Below are positions 37,492-57,985 of a DNA stretch of 64,000 nt, piece by piece. The stretch's first letter is position 1, and each line of letters starts with the position of its first letter. Origin of the DNA: the human T2T-CHM13v2.0 reference genome, Homo sapiens; NCBI RefSeq assembly GCF_009914755.1, contig NC_060925.1. The stretch is one strand, 5' to 3'. The position numbers were made by a program, and so were the translations under genes. The notes beneath the pieces were generated by a model that saw nothing but the letters and a program-made list of their open reading frames with translations, did not search any database and was not told the DNA's origin.

Positions 37492-37795
37492 GGCTGGGTG
37501 CAGTGGCTCATGCCTATAATCCTAACACTTTGGAAGGCTGAGGCAGATGGATTGGATTGCTTGAGTCCAGGAGTTTGAGACAAGCCTGGGCAACAGGGTG
37601 AAACCCCATCTCTACAAAAACTACAAAAAATAGCCTGGCATGGTGGCACACACCTGTAGTTCCAGCTACTTAGGAGGCTGAGATGGAAAGGTCGCTTGAG
37701 CCCAGGAGGTCACTTGAGTCGTGATAGCACCACTGCACTCCAGCCTGGGTGACAGAGCGAGACTCTGCCTCAAAAACAAAAACAAAACAAAAAAA
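37492..37795 (+). mobile_element. Alu (J-like)
   Basis: Alu consensus. Confidence 0.88.
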
Positions 37796-37809
37796 CACCC
37801 TAAAAAAAT

Positions 37810-38045
37810 GAAGTAAAATAAAAATTACTTAGGAATATAAATATAGATAATTCAATTCTGAAGAAAAGTAAAGCAAGGATTACACAAAAGTCCAGACTAT
37901 AATTACTTCTGGGAGGAGACATACTACGAAGTAAAATAAAAATTACTTAGGAATATAAATATAGATAATTCAATTCTGAAGAAAAGTAAAGCAAGGATTA
38001 CACAAAAGTCCAGACTATAATTACTTCTGGGAGGAGACATACTAC
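37810..38045. repeat. Perfect 118-bp direct tandem duplication
   Basis: 37810-37927 is identical to 37928-38045 by eye. Confidence 0.95.
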
Positions 38046-38524
38046 ATGTTTTAAGTAAATAGTATTTGATTGCTACTGTGGAGACATACTAGTATCCATA
38101 TTATTACTGTTCTTTAAACTATACATGTATTTTCCATGCACTATTTGCATGTAGGATACATGGGAAAATTTTTTAAAAATCAATTTAAAAATATTGCCCT
38201 AATTAGTACAGTGGTGAGTAAATAAAAATATAGTACAGCATTTGGTTTATAAAATAATGAGTTAATATAAACACACATCTACAATAAGAAACAAAAACTA
38301 GCTTCTATTAACATTCAAAATAAGTAAAAATGAAACCTCTTTTAAGTTATGAGAAATGATAAGATATTTTTATGGAGATCCATTCTTTTATCTCATAGAT
38401 ATGTCCCCTTCCCTGCCAGTCAGATTTAATAAATCTCTGCTCCAATCCTCATTGCTTTTATTACCTATACTTCATTTTGCCTTAAATACTAAGCAATAAT
38501 CCCATCATAAAAGAGGTCATGTCA

Positions 38525-39105
38525 GGCCAGGCGCGGTGGCTCACGCCTGTAATCCCAGCACTTTGGGAGGCCAAGGTGGGCGGATCATAAGGTCAGGAGA
38601 TCCAGACCATGGTGAAACCCCATCTGTACTAAAAATACAGAAAATTAGCCAGGCGCAGTGGCGGGCGCCTGTAGTCCCAGCTACTCAGGAAGCTGAGACA
38701 GGAGAACAGTGTGAACCCGGGAGGTGGAGCTTGCAAGTGAGCTGAGATTGCGCCACTGCACTCCAGCCTGGGTGACAGAGCGAGACTCCGTCTCAAAAAA
38801 AAAAAAAAAGCAGTCAGTCCAGGTGCAGTGGCTCCTGCCTGTAATCCTAGCACTCGGGAGGCTAAGACAGGCCAATTGCTTGAGCCTAGGAGCTCGAGAC
38901 GAGCCTGGTCAACAGGGCAAAACCCCGTCTCTAGAAACAATATAAATATTAGCCGGGCATGGTGGCATGCGCCTGCAGCTCCAGCTCCTTGGGAGGCTGA
39001 GGTGTGAGGATCTTTAGAGTCTGGGAGGTTGAGGCTGAAGTGAGCTGAGATTGCACCACTGTACTCCAACCTAGGCTACAGAGTGAGACCCTGTCTCAAA
39101 GAAAC
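38525..39105 (+). mobile_element. Two Alus (38525-38809, 38816-39105)
   Basis: Alu consensus. Confidence 0.9.
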
Positions 39106-39370
39106 AGAGATCATAATAGTCATAATCAGGACAAACAAAGTTTGGTGTTCTTTACAACAACTTGTCAGTATACTTTTATGGTCTGATGTTGTATAACACA
39201 AACTATGCATTACATTGCAACAGAAAGGATGGCACAGAAAAGATTAAAAAACTAAAGTAACAATGCTAAAAGTTGAATATTAAATGTTAACCAAAATTTT
39301 ATGGTGCCCTTGGATCTACTAGTAATAAAAAATTTGAGGCCTCAATCAATGGCTGATTTTATTTCAAGTA

Positions 39371-39585
39371 CAGGTTGAACATCCCAAATCCAAAATCTGA
39401 AGACTCCAAAATCATACACTTTTTGAGTGCTGACGTGATTCTGAAAGGTAACGCTCACTGGAGCATTTCAGATTTAGAATTTTCGGATTTGGCTTGTGGA
39501 ATGCAAATATTCCAAAATCAAAAAAAAATCTGAAATCCAAAACATTTCTGGTTCCAAGAATTTCAGTTAAGAGATATTCAACCTG
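39371..39585. mobile_element. Tigger4a/MER46-like Tc1/mariner MITE
   Basis: TA-flanked terminal inverted repeats CAGGTTGAACATCCC ... GAGATATTCAACCTG. Confidence 0.8.
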
Positions 39586-39713
39586 TAATAAGAGAGCAAA
39601 CAAAACTCTGGTAGAAAAAACAGTAGTTGGTAATGTCACTGAATTACCTTTATAGAACTTGACTCATAAATTAAAATCAAATACTTGCACAACAGAACGA
39701 TTGTTATGTTTAC

Positions 39714-39912
39714 CTTGAAGTCCATTAAGGATCGAAGTAATTTCTATGGACTTAATATGAGCAGTATCAGAGTTTTTGGCATCAGTGAGATCCAGTTTGG
39801 ATACCATTTCAGGAGATGGATTTGTCTGAAATGGTGGTTTGGACAAGCGCCGAAGTTTACAGTTTTTTGGAGAGTATTTTTCATCTTTGTCTTTTTCTTT
39901 GTCTAATTTATT
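39714..39912 (-). CDS. ARID4B: ARID4B exon 19 (199 nt; NKLDKEKDKDEKYSPKNCKLRRLSKPPFQTNPSPEMVSKLDL...SILNGLQ)
   Basis: TAACCTAG| and AAG|GTAAAC; phase 0 in, phase 1 out. Confidence 0.95.
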
Positions 39913-40239
39913 CTAGGTTAAGAAAAAAAGTATGTCGTAATTTATCATAAGGCATTTATCAGAAACAATGTTAATGTCCACTTTTAACTCACTATTACAG
40001 AATATGTTGTTAAATATTTAACATAAAAAGAAAGAACATAAGAAGCCCCTCAAAACAGCCAGATTTTTAAAGCTACTTAACAAAATACTACACAGGATGA
40101 TCAAAAGGTTTTGTATTTATACTTTAATAACGGGAATCAAATTAGCAATCAGATAGGTGATTAGGACTAGCAAACCTACAACTTGCTCTTCAGAATTAAA
40201 ATCACAATACGTTTAAATTAAATACTAACTAAAAAAAGA

Positions 40240-41400
<1,161 letters not shown>

Positions 41401-41731
41401 TTACAGCTACAATAATAACCTATGTCTCTCCAAGTCACACTGCCTTATGGCTCCTGGTTGGGAACTAGAGGGGAAGGAAATGGCAGAAATAGATAAATAA
41501 AATCTGGTTGAATGGCTTTATATAATGTTGGGACTGAAAAAGTCTCAAAGATCATCCAGTACTGTTTCTAAAATGCTTTCCCTAACCTGACAAAATTAAT
41601 TATATACAAATCTAGCATTTGAAAAATGTGCTATTTCAATAAAGTGTAACACTAACACATATTTAATTGCATCATTTGGAGGAAAACTTCTTTTTAAGAG
41701 CTAATAGTGTGTAGTAAAAACAAGCACTTAC

Positions 41732-41816
41732 CTTTATTTTCTTCCGATGTTTTATCTTTGGCACATTTTTATCAGCAGGTCTTACTATTTTATCTGCTTT
41801 AATCCATTCATCGTAT
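41732..41816 (-). CDS. ARID4B: ARID4B exon 18 (85 nt; R/YDEWIKADKIVRPADKNVPKIKHRKKIK; end of chromobarrel domain)
   Basis: TTTTAG| and AAG|GTAAGT; phase 2 in, phase 0 out. Confidence 0.95.
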
Positions 41817-41911
41817 CTAAAATTAAAGGAAATTAATATAAATATGTACAATATATACCACGGAAATAACCTATGCCATATTAAAGAGAAACTCATATAG
41901 AATCTTGACAT

Positions 41912-42080
41912 TTTAGAAGGGAAAGGACCTTGGAAATCATCTCAGCTTCCTGGTTTGAAGAGCAAGCTACCAAGGCACAAAGAGAGGGAGGTAATAACTT
42001 GCCCATGGACTTAAAGTTAGCTACTGGCCGAGCCAAGACTAGAGAGCATGATCTCATGATTCCTCAACTAGCACTGCTTA
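41912..42080 (-). mobile_element. MIR
   Basis: GGACCTTGGAAATCATCT...AAGGCACAAAGAGAGG...TAACTTGCCCATGG MIR core-like sequence. Confidence 0.6.
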
Positions 42081-42272
42081 CTCGGCTACAACAAAGAGAA
42101 ACTGAATCTGTACAGTAAGTATTAAGATAAATCACAGTATTTTCTACATTTTGTTTTACTTTGTTTCATTCTTAAGCAGCAGGTAGGCAATTTTTCTCTA
42201 GACACATCAGAGAGCTAAGGTAATAGCTTCAGTTTTAAATGGCATTGTGTAATAGAAAAGCACCGTATTACA

Positions 42273-42589
42273 GCCAGGCACAGTGGCTCACACCAGTAAT
42301 CCTAGCACTTTTGGGAGACCAAGGCGGGCAGATCACGAAGTCAGGAGATCAAGACCATCAACGCTAACACGGTGAAACCCCATCTCTACTAAAAATACAA
42401 AAAATTAGCCAGACGTGGTGGTGGGGGCCTGTAGCCCCAGCTACTCAGGAGGCTGAGGCAGAAGAATCGTGTGAACCCAGGAGCGGAGCTTGCAGTGAGC
42501 TGAGATCGCGCCACTGCACTCCAGCCTGGGCGACAGAGCGAGACTCTGTTTCACAAAAAAAAAAAAAAAAAAGAAATAAGAAAAGAAAA
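42273..42589 (+). mobile_element. Alu (Sc/Y-like)
   Basis: Full length with TSD AGAAAAGCACC(G/A)TATT. Confidence 0.92.
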
Positions 42590-44519
42590 GCACCATATTG
42601 TAACGTATGGATAATGCAAAATCAACTAGAAAAAAAAAAATGCTTGCTCATAAAATACCAGAAAAACATTACTCTGCAAAGTTTTTCAGTATTCTGAAAT
42701 GCTCCCTACATGTACAGACAGCTGAGTCAACAGCTGTGATGGCCTCTTGATTCAATGCTGATGGTCTTCACAATTTCATAGGGTGCAAATTACTATTAAC
42801 TGCAATAAAACTATTTGTTTAAAGCAAAAAAAAAAGAATGACAGTTTATTCGTTCTTCATTCATTCAAGAATTATAACAGCTAGAAGAAGTAAACATTAA
42901 AAACTAATTGACATTCTCTTTTTGTGTTCAAAGTTATATACATTACTCATAGAAAACACAAAACTCTAGAACATGGACACCTGAAAACGAGCTTTTAAAT
43001 TAAAATGTCCTCATTGTTAGAGGTATTAAAAGGAAGTAACAAAGTCCCCAAATCAAGAAGTAAATGACTTGAGTCATTACTTGACTAATAAATTATATTC
43101 TTACTCTAGCATAGGCCTGGAAAGTATCTGTAGCAAACTCCTGGGCAGTTACTCTGCTGGTACAAACTACTGGCTTGTAGCCAGTAAAAGCCAGAAAAGC
43201 TGAGGATTCATCCCCATGCAAGGGGTTCTGTTTATATGCTGGAAGATGCTGAGGGCCGTAATAAGAATAAGAGGGAATGGAATGAGCTTTAGGACAGACT
43301 TAACATAATCCCTGCTTCCTAGTTATGTGGTCCTGATCAACTCATTCTCAATCTAAGGCTTAGTTTATTTCTGTATAAAATAAGACTACAATTTAAAAAC
43401 AAAATAAAAAATAATGGTACATACCATATATGGGTTTTTTTGTAGAAATATATGGTAAGTACTGGTGTAAGTACAAATATATGGTAAGTACTTTGAAAAG
43501 CTTTAAAGTAAGTATTCTTCTACTAAATACACTCCTTTTGGTACTTCTACCTGGCACTGTAGCATCTATCCATATATTTGCAGCAGTACTTTTACCTTTC
43601 CTATTAATATCGAAAATTGTATAATGCTTAGGAAAGCAATTTACTTCCTTCCAAAATCGGGGGCATGGTGGGAAACGAAAAGAAAACACCTCCATCCTCT
43701 GTAGATTTCAGTATGAACTCCTAGAAGTTGCTCTATTAGAAGAGTTATGGAAAGAAGAAGTCAAGATATCAACTTTGTTTTTAAAAGAAAACAAAACAAG
43801 CTTTCTAATTTTTTATGAGAGAAACTGAAGTCAGTTCATGATGGCTGCACATAACATTAATGTGAGCTAAACAAAGTTATAATCATGTTCTACCTTTCTT
43901 AACCAAAGGCTATCTGTTCTGTAGCTAGTTTTATACCAGACATGTTTTACTATCAATAAAAAACTGACTCAATTCAACCTGGGTTTTATTATCAATTATA
44001 TTTTGAAGTAGGGTAAAATAGTAGTTTTCAATTTAAGAATACATGCATGATATTGCACATTTGTATATTTTACATGCAACACCAAACACATCAAACAAGG
44101 AAAAACAGTTACTGCCTCATGGGTAAGGCCACTGTGATAAAGGAAGATTCCTTTATTACTCAGATATAATGTATGTTGTTTAAATTCTCTTAAGAACAAG
44201 GTGGCAAGAACATACACATAAATAATAAAATGATGGATGCTTGGTATGGTACAGGCTGGGGCCCACTGCCTAAGCTCTGTAAATCCTATATGGTAATCAT
44301 GTTCTCTTCTACTCAATTATAAAAGAAGGATGGTACAAGAGGACTGGATGTCAGAAAAATGTTAAGTAGTTGAGTTTAGATGTCAAAAGTGTGTTGGAGC
44401 AGGCAGGACACACACACAAAAATAAATTCTTAAATTAGATGAAACAAACTACATACATAGTTGTAATTAACAGTATGGCCTTACTATTCTGGAAAATTTT
44501 TGTTTTAAAATTCTCATGG

Positions 44520-46950
<2,431 letters not shown>

Positions 46951-47027
46951 TCAATTTCTCCTTGGGGTACCACGTCAAGTAAGATATCTATTCATCCCCG
47001 AAAGTACATTCTTAAGGAATACGAGAA

Positions 47028-47689
<662 letters not shown>

Positions 47690-48256
47690 TTATTTTATAT
47701 ATATGTGTATATAATATATACATATATATACACAATATATACATATATATACAATCCAGGATAGTTTATCTATCCTGGCTTTAACTGGTCTTAACCTTTA
47801 GGAATTATGATTACAAATCATAATTGGCCTTTTCATAATAACAGGAAATAAATTAATTTTGCAGGGCACAAGGGAAACAGCATTACTAAATGCTTCCATT
47901 TAAAAAGAAATACTGAAATAAACAAAAAGTATTGAAACAAATATTAAAAACAAATATTGAGTTAGAAAATTAAGACAGTGATTAGCCTATACTTTTTCAA
48001 TTCAGTTATCAATACAGTCAATGTAATTAATTCTACAGATGGAATCTAAACAAGTATCTTATTGAATATTTATCTAAAGTACTAAGGAAAATATTTCCAA
48101 GGTATATATATGACTTGTCTGATAATATTTCTATTGAGATCACTTAACATTCAACTAACAAAACATAAAATAACATATGCATGATAAACTCATTTAACTT
48201 CTGAAGATCTAGTATGTTCCCTGACCTACATAAAATGAAGTACAATGAAAAAAAAA

Positions 48257-48551
<295 letters not shown>

Positions 48552-49743
48552 GTAGAATGAAAAATTATATGAGACTCCAAGACCATAAGTACACATGTGG
48601 ACGTATTCATTTGACAAACACCTCTAAGGTATCTATTATGTAATAACAGAGTCTGCTAGGCACTGGGTACTCAGCAATGAATCAACAAACACAGCCCTTG
48701 CCTGCGAGGAGCTTACAATTCAACAAAAGAAGACAATACTAAACAGTAATGACAAATTGTGAATACAAACGTGAAACTTTCTGAAAGAAGCCACCACACA
48801 AATATTTGATTTTTCAAATGTTTAAAAATATTCATACAAGGCTAAAAGATACCATTCAGAGACCACAGCATACTTGCTCTCACCACAGAAAAATTGGATT
48901 TCTAAAAAGAAAACTTTATGGCTTTTGTACAGATGCATTGGCAAATTATGTAAGAAATCATTTTGTAATAATAAAAATGGAAAAGAACATTAGTCGACCA
49001 GATATACTACCAAAATGGTTAATATGCCCACATCAATTCAGCTTTTGGTTCTTCTTAAACCCAATTTTAAAAGAAATATTATCAGCATATAGTTAATATA
49101 TACCTAAAAAGCACAGTCTTAAGAGATTTAAAAATAAACAGCATGCAGAATAAAGGTATTTTAAAAATAACTTCGTAAGTAAAATCAAATTAATATAAAC
49201 TTGAAACCTCACTCTTTGAAATATGTATAGATAAGATAAAAATCTAATAACCAACCATTAAGTAAATGTTAAAATCATCTATATTTTGCTTTCTATAATG
49301 AATAGATTCATTTAATAATTGTTGCACAATATGTATTTTATATCTTGCCTCTCTATAATCAAAAAAGTTAATGTATGTCATATAATTAACTTACTTAGTT
49401 TTTAAGAACCTCACATCTAAAGTGGAAATTTGTACTGTCTTAGTATGGAAAGGGATTTCCCCACCTGAATTAAATAAATAAAAGTATGACAAAATAATAG
49501 AAAAAAACACCAAGTCAAGATAAAAAGCAGTGTTAATCATTATTAATTATAAACTTCATAAGCAATTTTATCAATATTTACCTACTTTATGAATTTTATA
49601 TAATCTCAATTTATATGTATTTTAATCTGACTATCTAAAACAAGATATATGAAAATAACAACTGATCACAATTAATACTTTTAATCATGTATCTACAATA
49701 AAATGAAACAAAAAAGTAGTATATTATTCAAAAATAAAATTCC

Positions 49744-50070
<327 letters not shown>

Positions 50071-51149
50071 TCATATTTCTACTTCATATAACACTTAAAT
50101 CTACATCAGAGAGACAGCGATGGTATTCCTCACACTTAAGAATATAACAGCAGAATGACAGAACCATAAATATTATAGCATAGTCATATTTAAGAGTTGA
50201 CATAAACAGCTCAACGGAATGGTATAGTAATTATATCAATAGGTTTTCCTAAGCAATGTAACGCTATAAAATGAAACGGAAGTATAGGTCTTTAGGCAGA
50301 GGTAATATGTAATAATAAGAACACTAATACAGCATTTTACCAAAGCGTACAAAGACAACTGCAAATGGTTAACTGTGCCATTAATTGCATATTGTAATGC
50401 AGATGCTAAGTTTTTTAAATTCCCCAAAAGTGTACTTTGTTAATATTTGATAAATGTATGGAATTAGTTATTTGTGCGTACTTAGACAAAAATATCAATG
50501 TACCTGCCAATCTACGAAACTACTGAATGAAACAGGTCCAAGTTTAGTAAACATTCTAAGATGAATACACAAAGAAAAATTAAAGCCCATTTGAGTACAA
50601 CACATAACTGAATTATCATCTTTTTTTCATGAAGGAAATGTTTATGTTCATTTGTACTCAAAATCTATGGTTAACTCAAAAGCCACTCTCTTTTAATACA
50701 AACTTACAGATAATGGAAACCACTGTCAAATGGTCATTTTATAGGCCTCTGACTTCTGTACTATAGAAACAACGCAGACAACTTCCCAGGGTACCTTGCT
50801 TTCTATCATTACCAGGACAATTATTTCAAAGAAAATGAGTAGAACAACTTTGTACTCTATTTCAATATTCCTAAATCCAATGGCATACACAACTCAAGTA
50901 CAGCAGGGATCAGATTACATGGAAATAAGAAAGAAAAAAAATGAAGGACACAAAACATTTTAGAGCAGGAAAGAACAAAGAAATTAAGCTGAAAAGTGAC
51001 TTAAAAATTTTTTAAGGACAAAAGGAGACTAAGAATAGCTAAAAAGTAACAGAAAATTAATATTTCCAATCAAATTCATTCCAGTCTCTCAGTCTCGACT
51101 CCATTTTGTTTGCTAAGAGATGAGCTCTTTATGTAACCCAAAGAGGTCA

Positions 51150-51680
51150 CATATATCATATACAAATATGAACTCAGATTAGAACAACAATGTAAACATT
51201 ACAGCTAAAACTATAAAGTTCTTAGAAGAAAACATAAAGGAAAATTTTCAGAACACTGGATTTGGCAATGTTTCTTTGGAAATAACATCAAAAGCAGAGG
51301 CAACAAAAGAAACATTTGCAATCATGTATCTGATAAGGGAATAACATCTAGAATATATGAAGAACTATAATTCAACAACAACAAAACAACTGACCAATTC
51401 AAAAATGGCAAAAACTTGAAGGGACGTTCCTCTAAAGAAGATATACAAATGGCTAATAAGTACATGAAAAAATGTTCAACTCTACATTTCAAGTACATGA
51501 AAAAATGTTGCATTAGGAAAATGCAAATCAAAAAAGCACAATGAGATAAACAGAGAATAACAAGTGTTGACAAGGCTGCAGAGAACCTGGAACCCTAACA
51601 CATTGCTGGTGAGAATGTAAAACGGTGTCGTCTCTGTGGAAAAGTTTGACAGTTCCTTAGAATGTGAAACACAGAGTTAT
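51150..51680 (+). mobile_element. Old L1 (L1M) ORF2 3'-region fragment
   Basis: AAAACTATAAAGTTCTTAGAAGAAAACATA, TCTAAAGAAGATATACAAATGGCTAATAAG and CATTGCTGGTGAGAATGTAAA are L1 ORF2 hallmarks. Confidence 0.85.
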
Positions 51681-51829
51681 ATATAAATGAGGTGAGAAGC
51701 AGCTCCAGTGAGAGGGTCAAGCCATATCTGTCCCAATCCCCTATTATAGGTATCACTTTAAAAAACCAGTGGCTTTTATTTGGATTTTACCTTCTGCTCT
51801 ACTTCCATTTTGTTGTCAGGAGGTCCAAT

Positions 51830-53290
51830 TTAGTTCAACATTCATTTAGTACTTATCATATGCCAAATGAATACTTTTCTAGATGTGGTAAGGGATATTA
51901 GGAGAATAGATATGAAACAGAAATTTTTTTCATATTTTAAAATTAAGTTCACTTTTGTAATAATACATAACGTAGTCCTAATGTAGAAAGCTTGAACGAT
52001 GAAGAAAAAAAGAAAAGGAGGGGGAGGAGAGTTGAAGGGAAAGAATTTACCCAGAGTCCTAGGTGAAAGTTATATTCCAGATCAAATTCCTTTGGCTCGG
52101 AAAAATAATTTAGAAAAATTCAATATCAGAATTGTGACTCAAGTTAGGATTGGAAAAATAGGAACAGAAACCAAAAAAATGTTAAATGGATATCAGAAAG
52201 AAATAGGGGAAAAATTAGAAGGGAGAAAACACATAAAGATGAGGAAGACAGAAAAGATAATTGAGGAGTGGTTTCTTAATTTTGAGAAAGGAAGAAAAGG
52301 AAAATAAACAAGAAAAATGGTTGTAGCTGGAGCAGCTGGAGCCCAAGCAAAGCATATCACGGAAGGAGTGATCAACTGACTGTAAAGCCACTGATAAGGT
52401 ACGTAAGAGGGCAAGAAAAGCAGGAGGAATTTATCTACAAAGGGTCACTAGTGTTCCTGGTAAGCACAGTTGTGGAGACACAGTGAACAAAAGGCTGATG
52501 AGAGTGGATTTACACAGAAAAAGGAGAGAAACTGAGTAACAAGTGTAGGTAACTTTCAAACAGTTCTGCTGAATGAAAATGGAGCGAAGAAATGTCACAG
52601 TAGAAGTCAGGCTCCAGAAAAGATTTTCCTTGAGATGTGACAAATAACCACAGATCTGTAAGTAGTGGGAATGACTCAGAACAGAGCAAGAAAATGGGCC
52701 ATGTCTTTGATCAGTCAAGAAGGGATGCTTATGAAGACTGGCTTCAGACAGTAGCATGACTGTATATCTATGGCTAAAGATGAAAACACAGAGAATGTGG
52801 CAGCAAACGCAGTTAGGTAGGCAGATCTTATGAAGTGTGTAGAAATGTTTTTCTTGTTTCTATCTCTCAGTAGGTACAAAGCAAGGTCACCAGCTGAAAA
52901 TGAGGATAGGGAAGAGATGTTGGGGATGTGAAGACATAAGCAGCAGTATGAAATAGTCTTCTAAGAAAGTAGGAAAGTGAATGGAAGAAGGACATAGAGA
53001 ATTAAGGACCCACTTGAGGTTCACAGTAATGAATTTAAAATAAGAACAGTCATTGTGGTTGCTTGCTTTACTCCAACCACGATCGGCTGCACAGGTGCAG
53101 GCAAGGAGCTGGAGGGTTAGATTTAATCAAGGTTCTTGTGGTTTTGTCAGATGAGTACTATAAAGCAAAAGGAGAGAAAAAGAACAGCTTGAGTCAAAAG
53201 AAGTGATTATAATAATAATGCCAGGGAATGTAAGCAATATCAAGGGAAGACTGAGTGCATTAACTGGGGTGAAGAGGTAAGGGGTGGTAG
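51830..53290 (-). mobile_element. Degenerate L2-like fragments
   Basis: TTCAACATTCATTTAGTACTTATCATATGCCA L2 end followed by purine-rich L2-like body. Boundaries uncertain. Confidence 0.45.
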
Positions 53291-54192
53291 GATCAATACC
53301 TTAATAAAGAATTTATTATTATTATGAATTCCTTAATAAGGACCACTTCTTGGTATCTTTGGTGACAAGCACAGTATTTGGCACATAGTGGGTATTCAAC
53401 TTATGTTTGGAAAATAAAGGAATAAAGTGTGATAAAAAGCAACTGAATGATGGCAAAAAATAGGATTGAGCCTACTCATTTGTGAAAGCCTTTTACCAGG
53501 TTTTTTCATCCCCTAACTCATTCCCTCCTAAGAGGATTTAATTTGTTTGGCGAAAATATTTTTTAAATGTAACACATTTTTAATTTCAAATAATATATTT
53601 AGCATAATTTAGCTTATTTTCAGTTCTCTGTAACTGTTAACATGCACTAGAACTGTTGTGGCTTATTTAAGAGTTTTACAACTGAAGTTTTACAGTGTCT
53701 CTTTTACTTTTGGGTTCCCATTAATGCAGCTGGTGATCTTCAACATACAAAAAATTATTCTCTAACTAAATTTGCAACTCTTTGATTACAGAAAGCCAAG
53801 TTGGAAATGAGCGAGAAAATTCAATCAGTATTGATACACTATTACAAAATATTGATGTATTTTAAATTCCATGCCAATTAGTCTAGATAGTTTCACTCAG
53901 TTGTTACTAAACAAAGAAATCCAACACACTCAACTAGTTTACGGCATGTTAATTTCAATGTGTACCCTTACTTTCAAAAATCAATCCCATATTTACGACA
54001 CGACTTAGAAACTTGAGAGTGAAAGGGATCAATTAGATAATTATGCTAAGATTCTCTATAAAATATTAACATCACTAAGAAAAGTTAAATAGAGAGCCTA
54101 CTATTAAAAACTACTTAAGCAGAACTAAATTTTTTTTAAATGTAGGGAGACATTTTAAAAGACTAAAAGAGAACACACTATAATATTAGTAA

Positions 54193-55925
<1,733 letters not shown>

Positions 55926-56666
55926 GTCTCTCTCTTTTTTTTTAATCTGAAATACTTGTTTCAGATTAAAAAAACCATGGAAATAGGTCCACACAAATCT
56001 CCCAAACTGCTTGTCATGAATGACTACCACTGAAGATAAAACTATTTTCATGAACCTCCACGCATAAATCTTCATTTCCAATTTCACATCTGTTAAGTAT
56101 AAATTTAGAGATCAAGCTGAAGACCCTAAAAATAAAAGAAAAATTGTCATACAGCTGATGAGGATTTGTTGCAGTCCTTATTAAATTAGCTTCAGAACTG
56201 GAGGAGCCGCAAAAATAAAAATTATTGCTTATTTATCAATAAGACAGACTGATTATTGCAGAAAGAAATAAAATAGTTATGTTAACTCTAAGAAGATTAA
56301 CTGCTTAATCTACTGAAGTACATTTGTTTTCTCCATGATGTTGGAGTGTATAGAGATCCATCCTACAGGTCTTCATCAAGATGTTAAGTTTTCTTCTTTT
56401 GAAAGTTCATAGCATACAAGCACTTGAGTTCTCAGAAATAGATGGCAACGTTCACAGTAACACAAGCATGTCTTGTTGAACTAGGTCGCATTTTCCTCCC
56501 TATATTATTAAAAACTTGAATGCCTCAATTTAAATTCTTTCCTTTCCCTTCCTGCTATTTAAAAACTAAATTACTAGAGATTCTTTCTACCATCTAAAAT
56601 CAAAATACTCCTGGAATTCTCTTTCTTTTAGTCAATCTTTTCTTAACAAAACAAAGCTATATCTTA

Positions 56667-57985
<1,319 letters not shown>

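Noticed and set aside
39907-39912. AATAAA at the start of exon 19, also in exons 17 and 18
   Set aside because: Coding sequence rich in Asn/Lys/Ile codons with no convincing downstream element.
50504-50555. Possible 52-nt frameshifting cryptic exon in intron 17 (ATCTTAG| ... CAG|GTACAT)
   Set aside because: Weak donor and expected by chance in a 17-kb intron; needs junction data.
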